Origin: Sedimentisphaerales bacterium
GTDB taxonomy: Bacteria; Planctomycetota; Phycisphaerae; Sedimentisphaerales; SM23-30
Direction: 5' to 3'
DNA length: 64,000 bases
NCBI GenBank assembly: GCA_963663965.2
Contig: CAXXFK010000041.1
Span: 1-64,000 of the forward strand
The notes beneath the pieces are model-generated. The model was not told where the DNA came from. It was given only the letters and a program-made list of their open reading frames with translations, and did not search any database. A program made the position numbers and the translations under genes. Positions 40,853 through 50,740 of the stretch are shown here, piece after piece; position 1 is the stretch's first letter, and each line of letters begins with the position of its first letter.

Positions 40853-41356
40853 ATGCCAACTTCCATCGAAACAAACCGAACCGCTCGCAATTTTCAGAAT
40901 ATATGCGAGATTCTCGAAAGATACAACTATGATCCAGCTAAAATCATTCCGATTTTGCAGGAAGTCCAGGAAGCCTATCGATATCTGCCGCAGGAAGTGA
41001 TGACCTATGTGGCCACTTCCCTGGCAATTCCGCCTGCCCGGGTGTTTGGCATAGCCACTTTTTATTCACATTTTGCCATAGAACCTAAAGGGCAATATGT
41101 AATCAAATTGTGTGATGGAACCGCCTGTCATGTCCGTGGCTCCAATCCAATTCTTGATGCGATTCGCACCCATTTAAAGCTGGATGAGAAAAACCGTACC
41201 ACGCCAGATATGTTATTTACCGTAGAAACCGTTTCTTGTCTGGGGGCGTGTGGCCTGGCTCCGGTTATGTTGATTAATGATGATGTTTATGGTCAGATCA
41301 CCCCTGAAAAAGCAGTTGAACTGGTTAAGGCAATCCAGGAAAGCGAGTCTAAATAA
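40853..41356 (+). CDS. hydC: Electron-bifurcating [FeFe]-hydrogenase gamma subunit (NuoE-like)
   Basis: ATFYSHF, CDGTACHVRG, CLGACGLAP [2Fe-2S] motifs. Confidence 0.88.
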   Translation: MPTSIETNRTARNFQNICEILERYNYDPAKIIPILQEVQEAYRYLPQEVMTYVATSLAIPPARVFGIATFYSHFAIEPKGQYVIKLCDGTACHVRGSNPILDAIRTHLKLDEKNRTTPDMLFTVETVSCLGACGLAPVMLINDDVYGQITPEKAVELVKAIQESESK

Positions 41357-43263
41357 TGAAAACTTCAACAAAAATCGATCTGAATGTCATAAAAAAAGAA
41401 TATGCTGAGTTCAAGACTAATCTCTCCCGCAGAATTGTAATCTGCACGGGAACCGGATGTGTTGCCAATGGCTCAATCAAAGTTCGTGATGCTTTCGCCA
41501 GGCAGATTATCGATCGGGGATTGCCGATTTCAGTCTACGAAAAACGAGAGAACGAAAACTCTTCACATGCGGTTCTGGTATCGGGGAGTGGTTGTCAGGG
41601 ATTTTGCCAGATGGGGCCTTTGGTGACAATTGAGCCGGATGGCATCCTTTATTGCAAAGTACAGGAATCGGATGTGGCTGAAATAGTCGAACACACTTTG
41701 ATTGGCCACCAAACCATAGAACGTCTGCTTTACCACGATCCCAATCAAAAAACGGTTTGTAAAGGCGCGGCGGAGATACCGTTTTATGCCAAACAACAAC
41801 GAACCGTATTACGCGATTGTGGTATTATTGATCCCGGTAATATCGCTGAGTATATCTATCTGGATGGTTATACCGCAGCAGAAAAGGCGTATAGTATGAT
41901 GACTTCCAAGGATGTCTGTGATACGATTGCCCGTTCCGGCATGCGTGGCCGAGGGGGAGGGGGATTTCCAACCGGTCGAAAATGGGAGCTGACACGAGTT
42001 CAACTAGGTCCGAAAAAGTATGTGATTTGCAATGGTGATGAAGGGGATCCCGGCGCTTTTATGGATCGCTCTGTGATGGAGGGTAATCCACATAGTGTGA
42101 TTGAAGGAATGATGATTGCGGCTCGTGCCGTTGGTGCGGATGAAGGCTATGTTTATGTCAGGGCAGAATATCCACTCGCCGTTCGTCGTGTTCGCCAGGC
42201 AGTTGAAGACGCATTGCGTCTGGGCATACTGGGGAATAATATTTTTGGTTCGGGCATGGCCTTTAACCTACATGTCATGGAAGGGGCTGGCGCCTTTGTC
42301 TGTGGAGAGGAAACGGCGTTGATCGCGTCAATTGAAGGCAAACGTGGTATGCCAAATCCCAAACCTCCTTTTCCGGCGCAAAGTGGATTGTGGAGCAAAC
42401 CAACGGTTATTAATAATGTAGAAACATTGGCTTCGATTCCTTTAATCATCAGAAAAGGACCGGAACAATATTGTCAGGTGGGTACTCAGGGCTCCCCGGG
42501 AACAAAAACCTTTGCCCTGACCGGACATGTTGTCAATACCGGTCTGATCGAGGTACCGCTAGGAACACCATTGCGGGAAATCATATATGACATTGGCGGG
42601 GGGGTAACGGATGATTTTGGCAATCCGATTGATGAACCATTTAAAGCGGTACAGATCGGCGGACCATCCGGAGGATGTCTGACTCAGGATCATCTGGATC
42701 TGCCATTGGATTTCGATTCGCTTTGTTCCGTTGGCGCAATGGTTGGTTCCGGTGGTCTGGTAGTGATGAACCAGAATACTTGCATGGTAAAAATCGCTCA
42801 TTTCTTTATGCAGTTTACCCAGAATGAATCTTGTGGAAAATGCGTTTTATGCCGCGAAGGTACTCGGCAAATGCTTCGGTTGCTGGAAGATATTATGGAA
42901 GGAAGAGCGGATGAGAACACGCTGAAACTGCTGGAGCAACTGGCTGGTGTCGTTGGGAAAGGTTCCTTGTGCGGATTAGGAAAAACGGCGCCAAGTCCGG
43001 TTTTATCGACATTACGCTATTTTCGTGATGAATATGAGGCGCATGTTTACCAAAAACGTTGTCCATCCGATCAATGCCAGGCGCTTCGACGTCCTGAAAT
43101 AATTGCGGCTTTATGTAAAGGATGTACAGCGTGTATGCGAAAATGTCCGGTGGGCGCGATCAGTGGTAAGCCACGAGAAGTACATGTTTTAGATGCGGAG
43201 AAATGCATAAAATGTGGCGCTTGTGCGGCGGCATGTAAATTTGAAGCAATTAAAGGAGTCTGA
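41356..43263 (+). CDS. hydB: Electron-bifurcating [FeFe]-hydrogenase beta subunit (NuoF-like)
   Basis: GRGGGGFPTG, NGDEGDPGAFMDR, GAFVCGEETAL, ESCGKC..CREG, C-terminal 2x[4Fe-4S]. Confidence 0.9.
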   Translation: MKTSTKIDLNVIKKEYAEFKTNLSRRIVICTGTGCVANGSIKVRDAFARQIIDRGLPISVYEKRENENSSHAVLVSGSGCQGFCQMGPLVTIEPDGILYCKVQESDVAEIVEHTLIGHQTIERLLYHDPNQKTVCKGAAEIPFYAKQQRTVLRDCGIIDPGNIAEYIYLDGYTAAEKAYSMMTSKDVCDTIARSGMRGRGGGGFPTGRKWELTRVQLGPKKYVICNGDEGDPGAFMDRSVMEGNPHSVIEGMMIAARAVGADEGYVYVRAEYPLAVRRVRQAVEDALRLGILGNNIFGSGMAFNLHVMEGAGAFVCGEETALIASIEGKRGMPNPKPPFPAQSGLWSKPTVINNVETLASIPLIIRKGPEQYCQVGTQGSPGTKTFALTGHVVNTGLIEVPLGTPLREIIYDIGGGVTDDFGNPIDEPFKAVQIGGPSGGCLTQDHLDLPLDFDSLCSVGAMVGSGGLVVMNQNTCMVKIAHFFMQFTQNESCGKCVLCREGTRQMLRLLEDIMEGRADENTLKLLEQLAGVVGKGSLCGLGKTAPSPVLSTLRYFRDEYEAHVYQKRCPSDQCQALRRPEIIAALCKGCTACMRKCPVGAISGKPREVHVLDAEKCIKCGACAAACKFEAIKGV

Positions 43264-43264
43264 T

Positions 43265-45304
43265 ATGATTCAGAATGCAAATAACAATACCGTGACGGTG
43301 AATGGCAAAGAAATAACGATTGGCGATGAGCCCAATCTGCTGGAATTGATTCGTAAGGCCCATATCGATTTGCCAACATTTTGCTATCATAGTGAATTGA
43401 GTGTCTATGGCGCCTGTCGGTTATGTATGGTGGATATCAAAGGGCGTGGATTGGTAACCTCTTGTTCCACGCGACCCGAACCCGGCATGGTCATTAAGAC
43501 TCATACCGAAGAATTGCGTGAAATGCGTAAGATTATCATTGAGTTGCTGCTGGCCAATCATGATAATTCCTGCCCAACCTGTCCCAAAAACCGTTCCTGT
43601 CAACTGCAAAGTCTTGCCGCTCGATTGGGAATTAACGAAATACGCTATGGACGAACGCATCAGCCTGCACCTGTGGATGAAAGCACCGTAGCGCTGGTAC
43701 GCGATCCTAACAAGTGCGTACAGTGCGGTGATTGTGTACGTTTCTGCCATGAAGTACAGGGTATCGGTGCCATCGACTTTGCCTATCGTGGAGCCGGAGT
43801 ATCCGTAATGCCGGCTTTTGGAAAAGAACTGAATCAGGTGGAATGTGTCTATTGTGGTCAGTGTGCGCGCGTATGTCCAACTGGCGCGATAACTGTGAAA
43901 ACAGAAAAAGATCCGGTGTGGTCTGCAATTAACAGCTCTGACATAATGGTTGTCGCACAAATCGCTCCGGCAGTACGCGTGGCGTTAGCGGAACATTTTG
44001 GCTTGGAGCCGGGAACGGTTGCGACCGGTCAGATCGTTGCCGCAATGAAACAGATAGGTTTTGATAAAATTTATGACACTTCATTTGCCGCTGATTTGAC
44101 GGTAATTGAGGAAGGTGCCGAATTTATCAAGCGATTTGTTTCTGGTGAGACTCTGCCCCAATTTACATCCTGCTGTCCAGCCTGGGTCAAATATGCCGAA
44201 CAGTATTATCCCAGTCTGCTCAATCATTTATCCAGTTGTCGTAGTCCCCAGCAGATGTTTGGTTCTCTGGCACGTGAAATACTACCAGGAATGCTGAAAA
44301 TTGAACCGGAACAATTAACAATCGTTTCGATCATGCCTTGTTCTGCCAAAAAATATGAAGCACGACGGGAAGAATTCAAACGAGATAACCGGCAGGATGT
44401 TGATTATGTGTTGACGACCCAGGAACTGGCCGAAATGATAGAATCGGCCGGTATCGATTTTACTCAATTAGAGCCTGAATCGCTGGATATGCCCATGGGC
44501 TTTAAGACCGGAGCCGGAGTCATCTTCGGAACCAGTGGTGGTGTTAGCGAAGCGGTTTTGCGATATGCGGTGGAACAGGTAAACCAGGTAAAACTGGATG
44601 CTTGTGATTTTCGTGAAGTACGTGGTGAAGAAAACATGCGTGAAGCCCGTATTATGCTGGGCGGCAAAGAACTTAGAATTGCCATTGTTCATGGCCTGAA
44701 AGAAGCAGGCAAGTTGGCCGAACGCGTTACCAGAGGGGATTGTCCTTATCATCTGGTCGAGGTCATGAGTTGCCCGGATGGATGCGTGGGAGGGGCCGGT
44801 CAGCCAGTCCCCAAAAACCGCTCTGTTCGTCAAAAACGCACACGTGGCCTGTATGATACCGATAAAATGATGCAGGTGCATAAGAGCCAGGATAATCCCA
44901 TGATTCGTAAAGTCTATGAAGAGACTCTGGGGGAAGCCGGCAGCCATAAAGCGCATAAATTATTGCACACCCACTATCAGTCGCGTCGACGAATTGAAGG
45001 TGAGACACTGGATGTAATCACCGGAAGCCAGAACCAAACGTTAAATGTCAGTGTTTGTGTTGGCACCAGCTGTCATGTTCGAGGTTCCCAGTCGATTCTG
45101 AGGCGTTTGATCGACTATGTCGAGTCAAATGGTTTGTGCGATCGTGTGCAGGTTGAAGCAACGTTTTGCCTTGAACGGTGCGGTCAAGGTCCCAATATCA
45201 TGATTGGCGATACGATTATTGAGCACTGTACCCCCGAAAAAGCCATTGAATCCCTGCAATTACGGCTTAAAGAGCATGGTGTAGTCTCTATCCAAAGCAG
45301 TTAA
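43265..45304 (+). CDS. hydA: [FeFe]-hydrogenase catalytic alpha subunit (group A3) with C-terminal thioredoxin-like [2Fe-2S] domain
   Basis: H-cluster motifs TSCCPAW, MPCSAKKYE, EVMSCPDGCVGGAGQP; N-terminal F-clusters; CVGTSCHVRG tail. Confidence 0.93.
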   Translation: MIQNANNNTVTVNGKEITIGDEPNLLELIRKAHIDLPTFCYHSELSVYGACRLCMVDIKGRGLVTSCSTRPEPGMVIKTHTEELREMRKIIIELLLANHDNSCPTCPKNRSCQLQSLAARLGINEIRYGRTHQPAPVDESTVALVRDPNKCVQCGDCVRFCHEVQGIGAIDFAYRGAGVSVMPAFGKELNQVECVYCGQCARVCPTGAITVKTEKDPVWSAINSSDIMVVAQIAPAVRVALAEHFGLEPGTVATGQIVAAMKQIGFDKIYDTSFAADLTVIEEGAEFIKRFVSGETLPQFTSCCPAWVKYAEQYYPSLLNHLSSCRSPQQMFGSLAREILPGMLKIEPEQLTIVSIMPCSAKKYEARREEFKRDNRQDVDYVLTTQELAEMIESAGIDFTQLEPESLDMPMGFKTGAGVIFGTSGGVSEAVLRYAVEQVNQVKLDACDFREVRGEENMREARIMLGGKELRIAIVHGLKEAGKLAERVTRGDCPYHLVEVMSCPDGCVGGAGQPVPKNRSVRQKRTRGLYDTDKMMQVHKSQDNPMIRKVYEETLGEAGSHKAHKLLHTHYQSRRRIEGETLDVITGSQNQTLNVSVCVGTSCHVRGSQSILRRLIDYVESNGLCDRVQVEATFCLERCGQGPNIMIGDTIIEHCTPEKAIESLQLRLKEHGVVSIQSS

Positions 45305-45323
45305 TTAATTCTATTTGTTGATT

Positions 45324-47084
45324 ATGAAAGAATTACAGTCAGACAGTTTGGTGATAACCAGTCAGGCTCAATGCCGCGACTGCTATCGATGCTTGCGAGT
45401 GTGTCCTGTCAAGGCGATTCGCCTCAAAGAAGGACAGGCCTCCGTTGATGACCAACTCTGTATTGGCTGTGGTACCTGCATTCGTGAATGCCCTCAACAC
45501 GCCAAACAATATCGTCGAGATTTAGACAAAGTCATCGAAATGATTCGTCAAGGGGAAAAAGTGGCTGTATCAATTGCCCCATCAATGGCTGTCGTCTGGT
45601 CAGATTGGCGCGTCGGCCGTCTGGCTTCAGCATTGCGGCGATGCGGATTCCAGTTTATTGCAGAAACAGCCTATGGCGCCAGTCTGGCTGCCCGGCTTAC
45701 TCAAGATTATTTTGACGATCATTCGCCACAAGGCGATATTATGGCGGCTTGTCCGGCGGTCGTTACGTATATCGAAAAATACTTTCCGGAAATGACTGAC
45801 CGGTTATTACCAATACCTTCGCCCATGATTGTCCATGGCCGTTTTTTAAAAGATTATCTTGGTCCGGACTGGAAAGTGGTCTTTATTGGTCCCTGTGTGG
45901 CTAAAAAAGCGGAAGCCGGGCGTTCTGAATATGCCGGAGTAATTGATGCGGTAATCACTTTTGAAGAACTACAGGATTGGTTAAATCAGGAAGGAATCGA
46001 TCTGAAAAACTGTGAAGAAAGCCCATTTGATCAGCAGGTACCGGGCCCGAGCCGCAATTATCCCTTGCCGGGCGGCGCACTGGCCAGCGCCCTGTTACCT
46101 TCAGACTTGTTGTCATCCAATCATATTGCCATTAGTGGCGGAGATGCACTGAATGAAGCGCTGGTGGCATTGAAAGATCAAGCGTTGCCGGTTTTGCTGG
46201 AACCCCTGTTTTGCCAACATGGTTGTATTGATGGTCCCGCGTTAGGAACTGAAGATAATCTGCTGGTACGCCGTGCGCGTTTGCTGGATTATACTCAGTC
46301 AAAACATGAAGAAAGTTCCTTACCAGATAATTATCATAAATACGAATCAGTTGCCTATCATTCACAAAATCATGACCAACCACAGATTACCGAAGATCAA
46401 ATTCGTGCCATTCTGGAACAAACCGGTAAAATCCGTCCTGAAGACCAATTAAACTGTGGCGCTTGCGGTTATAGCAGTTGTCGAGAAAATGCGATAGCCG
46501 TTATCCGCGGGATGGCTGAGATTGAAATGTGTATGCCCTATATGAGGCGAATGGCTGAACGGAGGACCGACCGGATCATCGAAACGAGTCCCAACGGTAT
46601 CATCATCCTGGATCACGATCTGAAAGTGATCAGTATGAATCCATCGTTTCAAACTATGTTCATGTGTTCCGGTTCATTCCTGGGACGCCAGATCGCAGAA
46701 TTGATCGATCCTGAGCCATTTGAACGACTGGTGGCGGGTGAAGAGATTGTCGAATCCATTCAAAAGTATGAATCGTATCGATTGATTTGTCAACAGATTT
46801 GTTACGCGTTGCGGGAAGAACGGCAATACGTCGGTATATTCGTGAATATAACTTCCAGTCAACTGAATCAGAAGAAACTGGACAGTTTACGCGCCCAGAC
46901 CATTCTACAGGCACAGGATTTATTAAAGCATCAAATTGAAATGGCACGTCAAATCGCGGGCTTCCTGGGAGAAAGCACCGCCCAGGGAGAGCAATTGGTT
47001 GAAAACCTGATGAAACTGGCCCAGGATGAACCATCGCGTCATGAACGGAAAGCGTCATTATGGGATATCTACACTTCGAAGTAA
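45324..47084 (+). CDS. hydS: Putative sensory [FeFe]-hydrogenase (group C, HydS-like) with PAS domain
   Basis: Variant motifs AACPAV, GPCVAKKAE, FCQHGCIDG; NCGACGY FeS domain; IIETSPNGIII PAS. Confidence 0.82.
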   Translation: MKELQSDSLVITSQAQCRDCYRCLRVCPVKAIRLKEGQASVDDQLCIGCGTCIRECPQHAKQYRRDLDKVIEMIRQGEKVAVSIAPSMAVVWSDWRVGRLASALRRCGFQFIAETAYGASLAARLTQDYFDDHSPQGDIMAACPAVVTYIEKYFPEMTDRLLPIPSPMIVHGRFLKDYLGPDWKVVFIGPCVAKKAEAGRSEYAGVIDAVITFEELQDWLNQEGIDLKNCEESPFDQQVPGPSRNYPLPGGALASALLPSDLLSSNHIAISGGDALNEALVALKDQALPVLLEPLFCQHGCIDGPALGTEDNLLVRRARLLDYTQSKHEESSLPDNYHKYESVAYHSQNHDQPQITEDQIRAILEQTGKIRPEDQLNCGACGYSSCRENAIAVIRGMAEIEMCMPYMRRMAERRTDRIIETSPNGIIILDHDLKVISMNPSFQTMFMCSGSFLGRQIAELIDPEPFERLVAGEEIVESIQKYESYRLICQQICYALREERQYVGIFVNITSSQLNQKKLDSLRAQTILQAQDLLKHQIEMARQIAGFLGESTAQGEQLVENLMKLAQDEPSRHERKASLWDIYTSK

Positions 47085-48208
47085 CCGCGCGTCAACGCAA
47101 TAAAGGGCACGGCCTGGTCTGTGGTGATGTCTGGTCCGAACGGAGGACTCCCTTTGCGACAACGGTTATATGTGCCGATGGTATCGGTTCGGGAACCAAG
47201 GCTCATATTGCCGCGACCTTGTGTGTGAGCCGGCTGGATAACTTATTGAATAGCCAGATGTCATTACGGGAGGCCTTTATCCGGGTGGTCCGGACAATGA
47301 ATCAATGGCGGTCCCCACAGGAACCTTATACCGCATTTAGTGTCGCGCGCGCGTTGAATGATGGCCGATGCACGATTTTGAGTTACGACGCTCCCGGCGC
47401 CACCTTGTTGAAAGGGCGGGAGTGGTCTATAATACCCAGACGTGAATTATATGTTGAACAGGTTCAGGTGTTTGAATCGGTATGTCATCTTTCGCCAGGA
47501 GATGGATTGCTTCTGGTCAGTGACGGCATTACCCAAGCCGGATTGGGGTGTGGATTGAAACAGGGCTGGGAGGAATCGGGAGTTCGACAGTTTTCCATGA
47601 ACTGGGTACGAACCGGTCACAAGATGACGGGATTGCCGGATGCCATTATGGAGGAAACGGATCGTATAGCCAACTATGATGTTCGCGATGATCGTACTGT
47701 GTTGCTTTTACGGTGTCGGCGGGGGACGGTGGTTAATATTATGACCGGTCCACCGGGGCAACCGGGACATGACAAGAAGGTTGTTGAACAGTTTTTAAGA
47801 CAGGGCGGCCTGACAGTCGTTTGTGGCGCGACAACGGCTAAAATTGTCGCTCAGTATCTGAATCAGAAATTGACAATTCCTGCCAATGAAGATTCCATGG
47901 TTGCGCCGCCGCGTTACGAGATTAATGGTATTGATCTGGTAACCGAGGGTGCTGTCACATTAAATCAGCTGTACCATATCCTTGACGCCGATCCATCCGA
48001 TCTGCGGGAAATCAATGGGGTAACCGAATTATTCTATCTGGTGCAGGCGGCCGATCGTATTAATCTGACCGTTGGTTTAAGCGCCAATCCAGCCAATCAT
48101 GATATTTCATTTCGACAGCGCGGGCTGATTCCCAGGGATCAGATTATCCGGTTATTGATCGAAAAGTTTAAGAAAATGGGGAAAATGGTTTATGTAAAAT
48201 ATGAGTAA
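47060..48208 (+). CDS. SpoIIE/PP2C-like Ser/Thr phosphatase associated with sensory hydrogenases
   Basis: VCGD, ADGIGSG, VSDGITQAG, DD.TV, VCGATT, IDLVTEG. Confidence 0.85.
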   Translation: MGYLHFEVTARQRNKGHGLVCGDVWSERRTPFATTVICADGIGSGTKAHIAATLCVSRLDNLLNSQMSLREAFIRVVRTMNQWRSPQEPYTAFSVARALNDGRCTILSYDAPGATLLKGREWSIIPRRELYVEQVQVFESVCHLSPGDGLLLVSDGITQAGLGCGLKQGWEESGVRQFSMNWVRTGHKMTGLPDAIMEETDRIANYDVRDDRTVLLLRCRRGTVVNIMTGPPGQPGHDKKVVEQFLRQGGLTVVCGATTAKIVAQYLNQKLTIPANEDSMVAPPRYEINGIDLVTEGAVTLNQLYHILDADPSDLREINGVTELFYLVQAADRINLTVGLSANPANHDISFRQRGLIPRDQIIRLLIEKFKKMGKMVYVKYE

Positions 48209-48236
48209 CTAATTGATATAAAATGGATTATGTAGG

Positions 48237-50516
48237 CTATTGGTTTTTGTTGGATAGTTCTTCTATGGCATGGGCCAGTAAGGCCCGGTGGTTTTCTATT
48301 TGGGCCGGATCCAGGGTAAAATGGGTTAGATCCGCGGTTACTGATTCTGGTACTTCCAGCAAAGATGCGTATTGTTGATAACGGGCAGGAGAAATCTGGC
48401 TCTTACGTTCGGCCAGTAACTTTTTCAACATGGAAAAATATTCATAGTCTTCGATGCCATCACGCAGCATTTCCCAGCGTATCGAATCGACCGGGCCGTC
48501 CAGCACCGGTCCGGTCGGATTGGCGTTGGCGGCGGATTCGGGTGGATAGATAAAGCGGCCATCGCCATTTCCCCAGGGACGTTTTATTCCGGAAGGCGTG
48601 CTATAACCGCTGACCCAGCCCATGGGATCTTCATAAGGATTTTGCGGTGTATCGGGATAAGCCGCAGAGCTGGTCCAATAGTTGGTTTCCCAGATCAGGA
48701 TTCCTTCGATTTGGCGTTGCCAGGTCTGCCAGAGCCAGACTCTCAATTCGGTACCCGGATGGTCAATAAATAGTGTGCAATAGGGCGCCTTGGGACCGGT
48801 ACAAATATACCACCAGAACCGATCTCCAGCCTTAAGACGCTGGGAGGCGCGTTCCGGGTCAAACAGATTCGATATGACACAATAAATGTTGGGGCCACCG
48901 TATAGCGCCGGTTCGGGTTGTTCCGTCAGCATGCGGTCTATGCCGGGACAGGCTGCTTTTAAGCGGTCAAAACCGGCTTTAACAAATGGATATTGATCCG
49001 GATCCGGCTCATCGAACCAGTAAATAAAGGCTTCATCGAGCCATCCGTTTTCTTTCAGGTGCTGCTCAATCTGGCGGGCGTATGAATTGAACAATATCGG
49101 ATATTCCGGGGTATCCAGGCCGAAGCCTAACAGAGAAGGCTGAAACAATTCGTGAAACGTACCACCGCCAGTTCCGGGAATATGCAGTTGAAAGGTGTTG
49201 AAATGGTAATGATCGATCGCGCGTTTCATGGCGATATCCCATTGGGCGAAATCGATTCTGGGTGTGAGTTTATCAGGTGGACAGACGAGTTCTTCGCGAT
49301 GTTCAGGTTCGAAATCTCCCATTGAGATGTATTCATCCCCGGTAACAGCATTTTTGAGAGACAGTTCGTCGATCCAGACTAATCCGAGTAATTCGCCTTC
49401 ATCAGTCCAGCGGGCCGCGCGTAAATAAAGACGCACCGATTCAGCGTTGGCTGGAAAATTTTTAATCAATTGGTCGAACTGCTGCCATTTGCCATTGCCC
49501 TTGATGACGAGGTCGTTGTTGTGGCCGGAAATCCAATTGCCATTCTGGTCAAAATGATTCAAGGTGATCAGAAAACGATGGTCCGGCAGGGCGGTTCGGT
49601 ACCAGAAGGATAAACGCAGACCCTGGGCAGGGATCATTATCTGAGGTTGAAATGCCGTAGTTACATTTAACTGGTTATTGTCATCATAGAGCAGGGCGGA
49701 ACTCACTCCGGAATGGGATTCATTATCGACTAACCGAAGATTGTCCCAGTCTTTATACCGGGAAGCGGGGGGCTTGACATCCGGCCAGGTTACTTGAATG
49801 GGATCGAGAGGCGCCGGATTATAAGGGGATATGTGGTGGCCGGCAAAAGACTGTAGATATTTATCGAGCACCGCCCGTTTATCGTCTGATTTATCCAGTT
49901 TGTGATATCTGAAGACGTTGTTGGGCGAAAAGCCAAATGCCGATTTACAGGTCATCCGGTCTGGCAGCGTGAAATCAAAAACCTGGATACGTAACGGTAT
50001 CGGATAGGTTTTGTTTGTTGTCTTTACAAGAATCTTGACATCATAGGTACCAGCCGGCACCTGTCTGGGGGTCGAGACTCTGATCCAGAAGGGGGAGTTA
50101 CGGTTTGCCGCAAGAGACAGTGGTTCTCGAATTGGGGGTAATGGATCCGGCCAGTCGCCGGGTTGAGTACTGCCATCGGTTGCTATTGCGGTTGTTACAA
50201 AACGTACCCGCAAGAGTTCCACGAAATTGTAATTCATTGGTGATTTGATCTCAAATCTTACATCGGAAAGATCGAGTTTGGGTGTAATAATCAGTTGTAC
50301 TGCTTCGCTTTCATTACGCGCCAGAGAAATTGACATGTTTTCTGTTGTTTGGGTTGGCAGGGGGCTGTCGGGTTTTATTTTCCAACCTGAAGAAGCCCAC
50401 CATAAGGTGGCCTGAGCATCTGATTGAGGCAGAGTCTTTCCAACCGGAATACTTTGGGCCAGAAGGGGAGTTACAATGATCATTAATACAGAGAGCGCTT
50501 TCCTGATTCTGAACAT
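48237..50516 (-). CDS. Secreted glycoside hydrolase, DUF4091/GH123-like, with CBM-like insertion
   Basis: Signal peptide, LARNESEAVQL, WPDPL, FDEP, WWYIC, GDGRFIYP, SIRWEMLRDGIEDYEY. Confidence 0.8.
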   Translation of the reverse strand: MFRIRKALSVLMIIVTPLLAQSIPVGKTLPQSDAQATLWWASSGWKIKPDSPLPTQTTENMSISLARNESEAVQLIITPKLDLSDVRFEIKSPMNYNFVELLRVRFVTTAIATDGSTQPGDWPDPLPPIREPLSLAANRNSPFWIRVSTPRQVPAGTYDVKILVKTTNKTYPIPLRIQVFDFTLPDRMTCKSAFGFSPNNVFRYHKLDKSDDKRAVLDKYLQSFAGHHISPYNPAPLDPIQVTWPDVKPPASRYKDWDNLRLVDNESHSGVSSALLYDDNNQLNVTTAFQPQIMIPAQGLRLSFWYRTALPDHRFLITLNHFDQNGNWISGHNNDLVIKGNGKWQQFDQLIKNFPANAESVRLYLRAARWTDEGELLGLVWIDELSLKNAVTGDEYISMGDFEPEHREELVCPPDKLTPRIDFAQWDIAMKRAIDHYHFNTFQLHIPGTGGGTFHELFQPSLLGFGLDTPEYPILFNSYARQIEQHLKENGWLDEAFIYWFDEPDPDQYPFVKAGFDRLKAACPGIDRMLTEQPEPALYGGPNIYCVISNLFDPERASQRLKAGDRFWWYICTGPKAPYCTLFIDHPGTELRVWLWQTWQRQIEGILIWETNYWTSSAAYPDTPQNPYEDPMGWVSGYSTPSGIKRPWGNGDGRFIYPPESAANANPTGPVLDGPVDSIRWEMLRDGIEDYEYFSMLKKLLAERKSQISPARYQQYASLLEVPESVTADLTHFTLDPAQIENHRALLAHAIEELSNKNQ

Positions 50517-50740
50517 AACAGGTATCCTTTCAAGTTGAAAACACCGCAGGCAAACTTATTATTACAAACACATAAGATAGTATTGTTTCGTAGAGGTTAA
50601 TTGTCGATATCATAAAACCTGGGCGCAAACTCTGCGGACGGAGGTATATTTATCGTCCATCCGTGAGTAAACAGGCCGAGATGCAGGTCTTCAGGGTACT
50701 CTTAATCATTGATACTCGAAAGCGATCAAACATCAACACA

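Noticed and set aside
40853..43263. Respiratory complex I nuoE/nuoF
   Set aside because: Followed by an H-cluster hydrogenase and no membrane nuo genes; these are HydC/HydB
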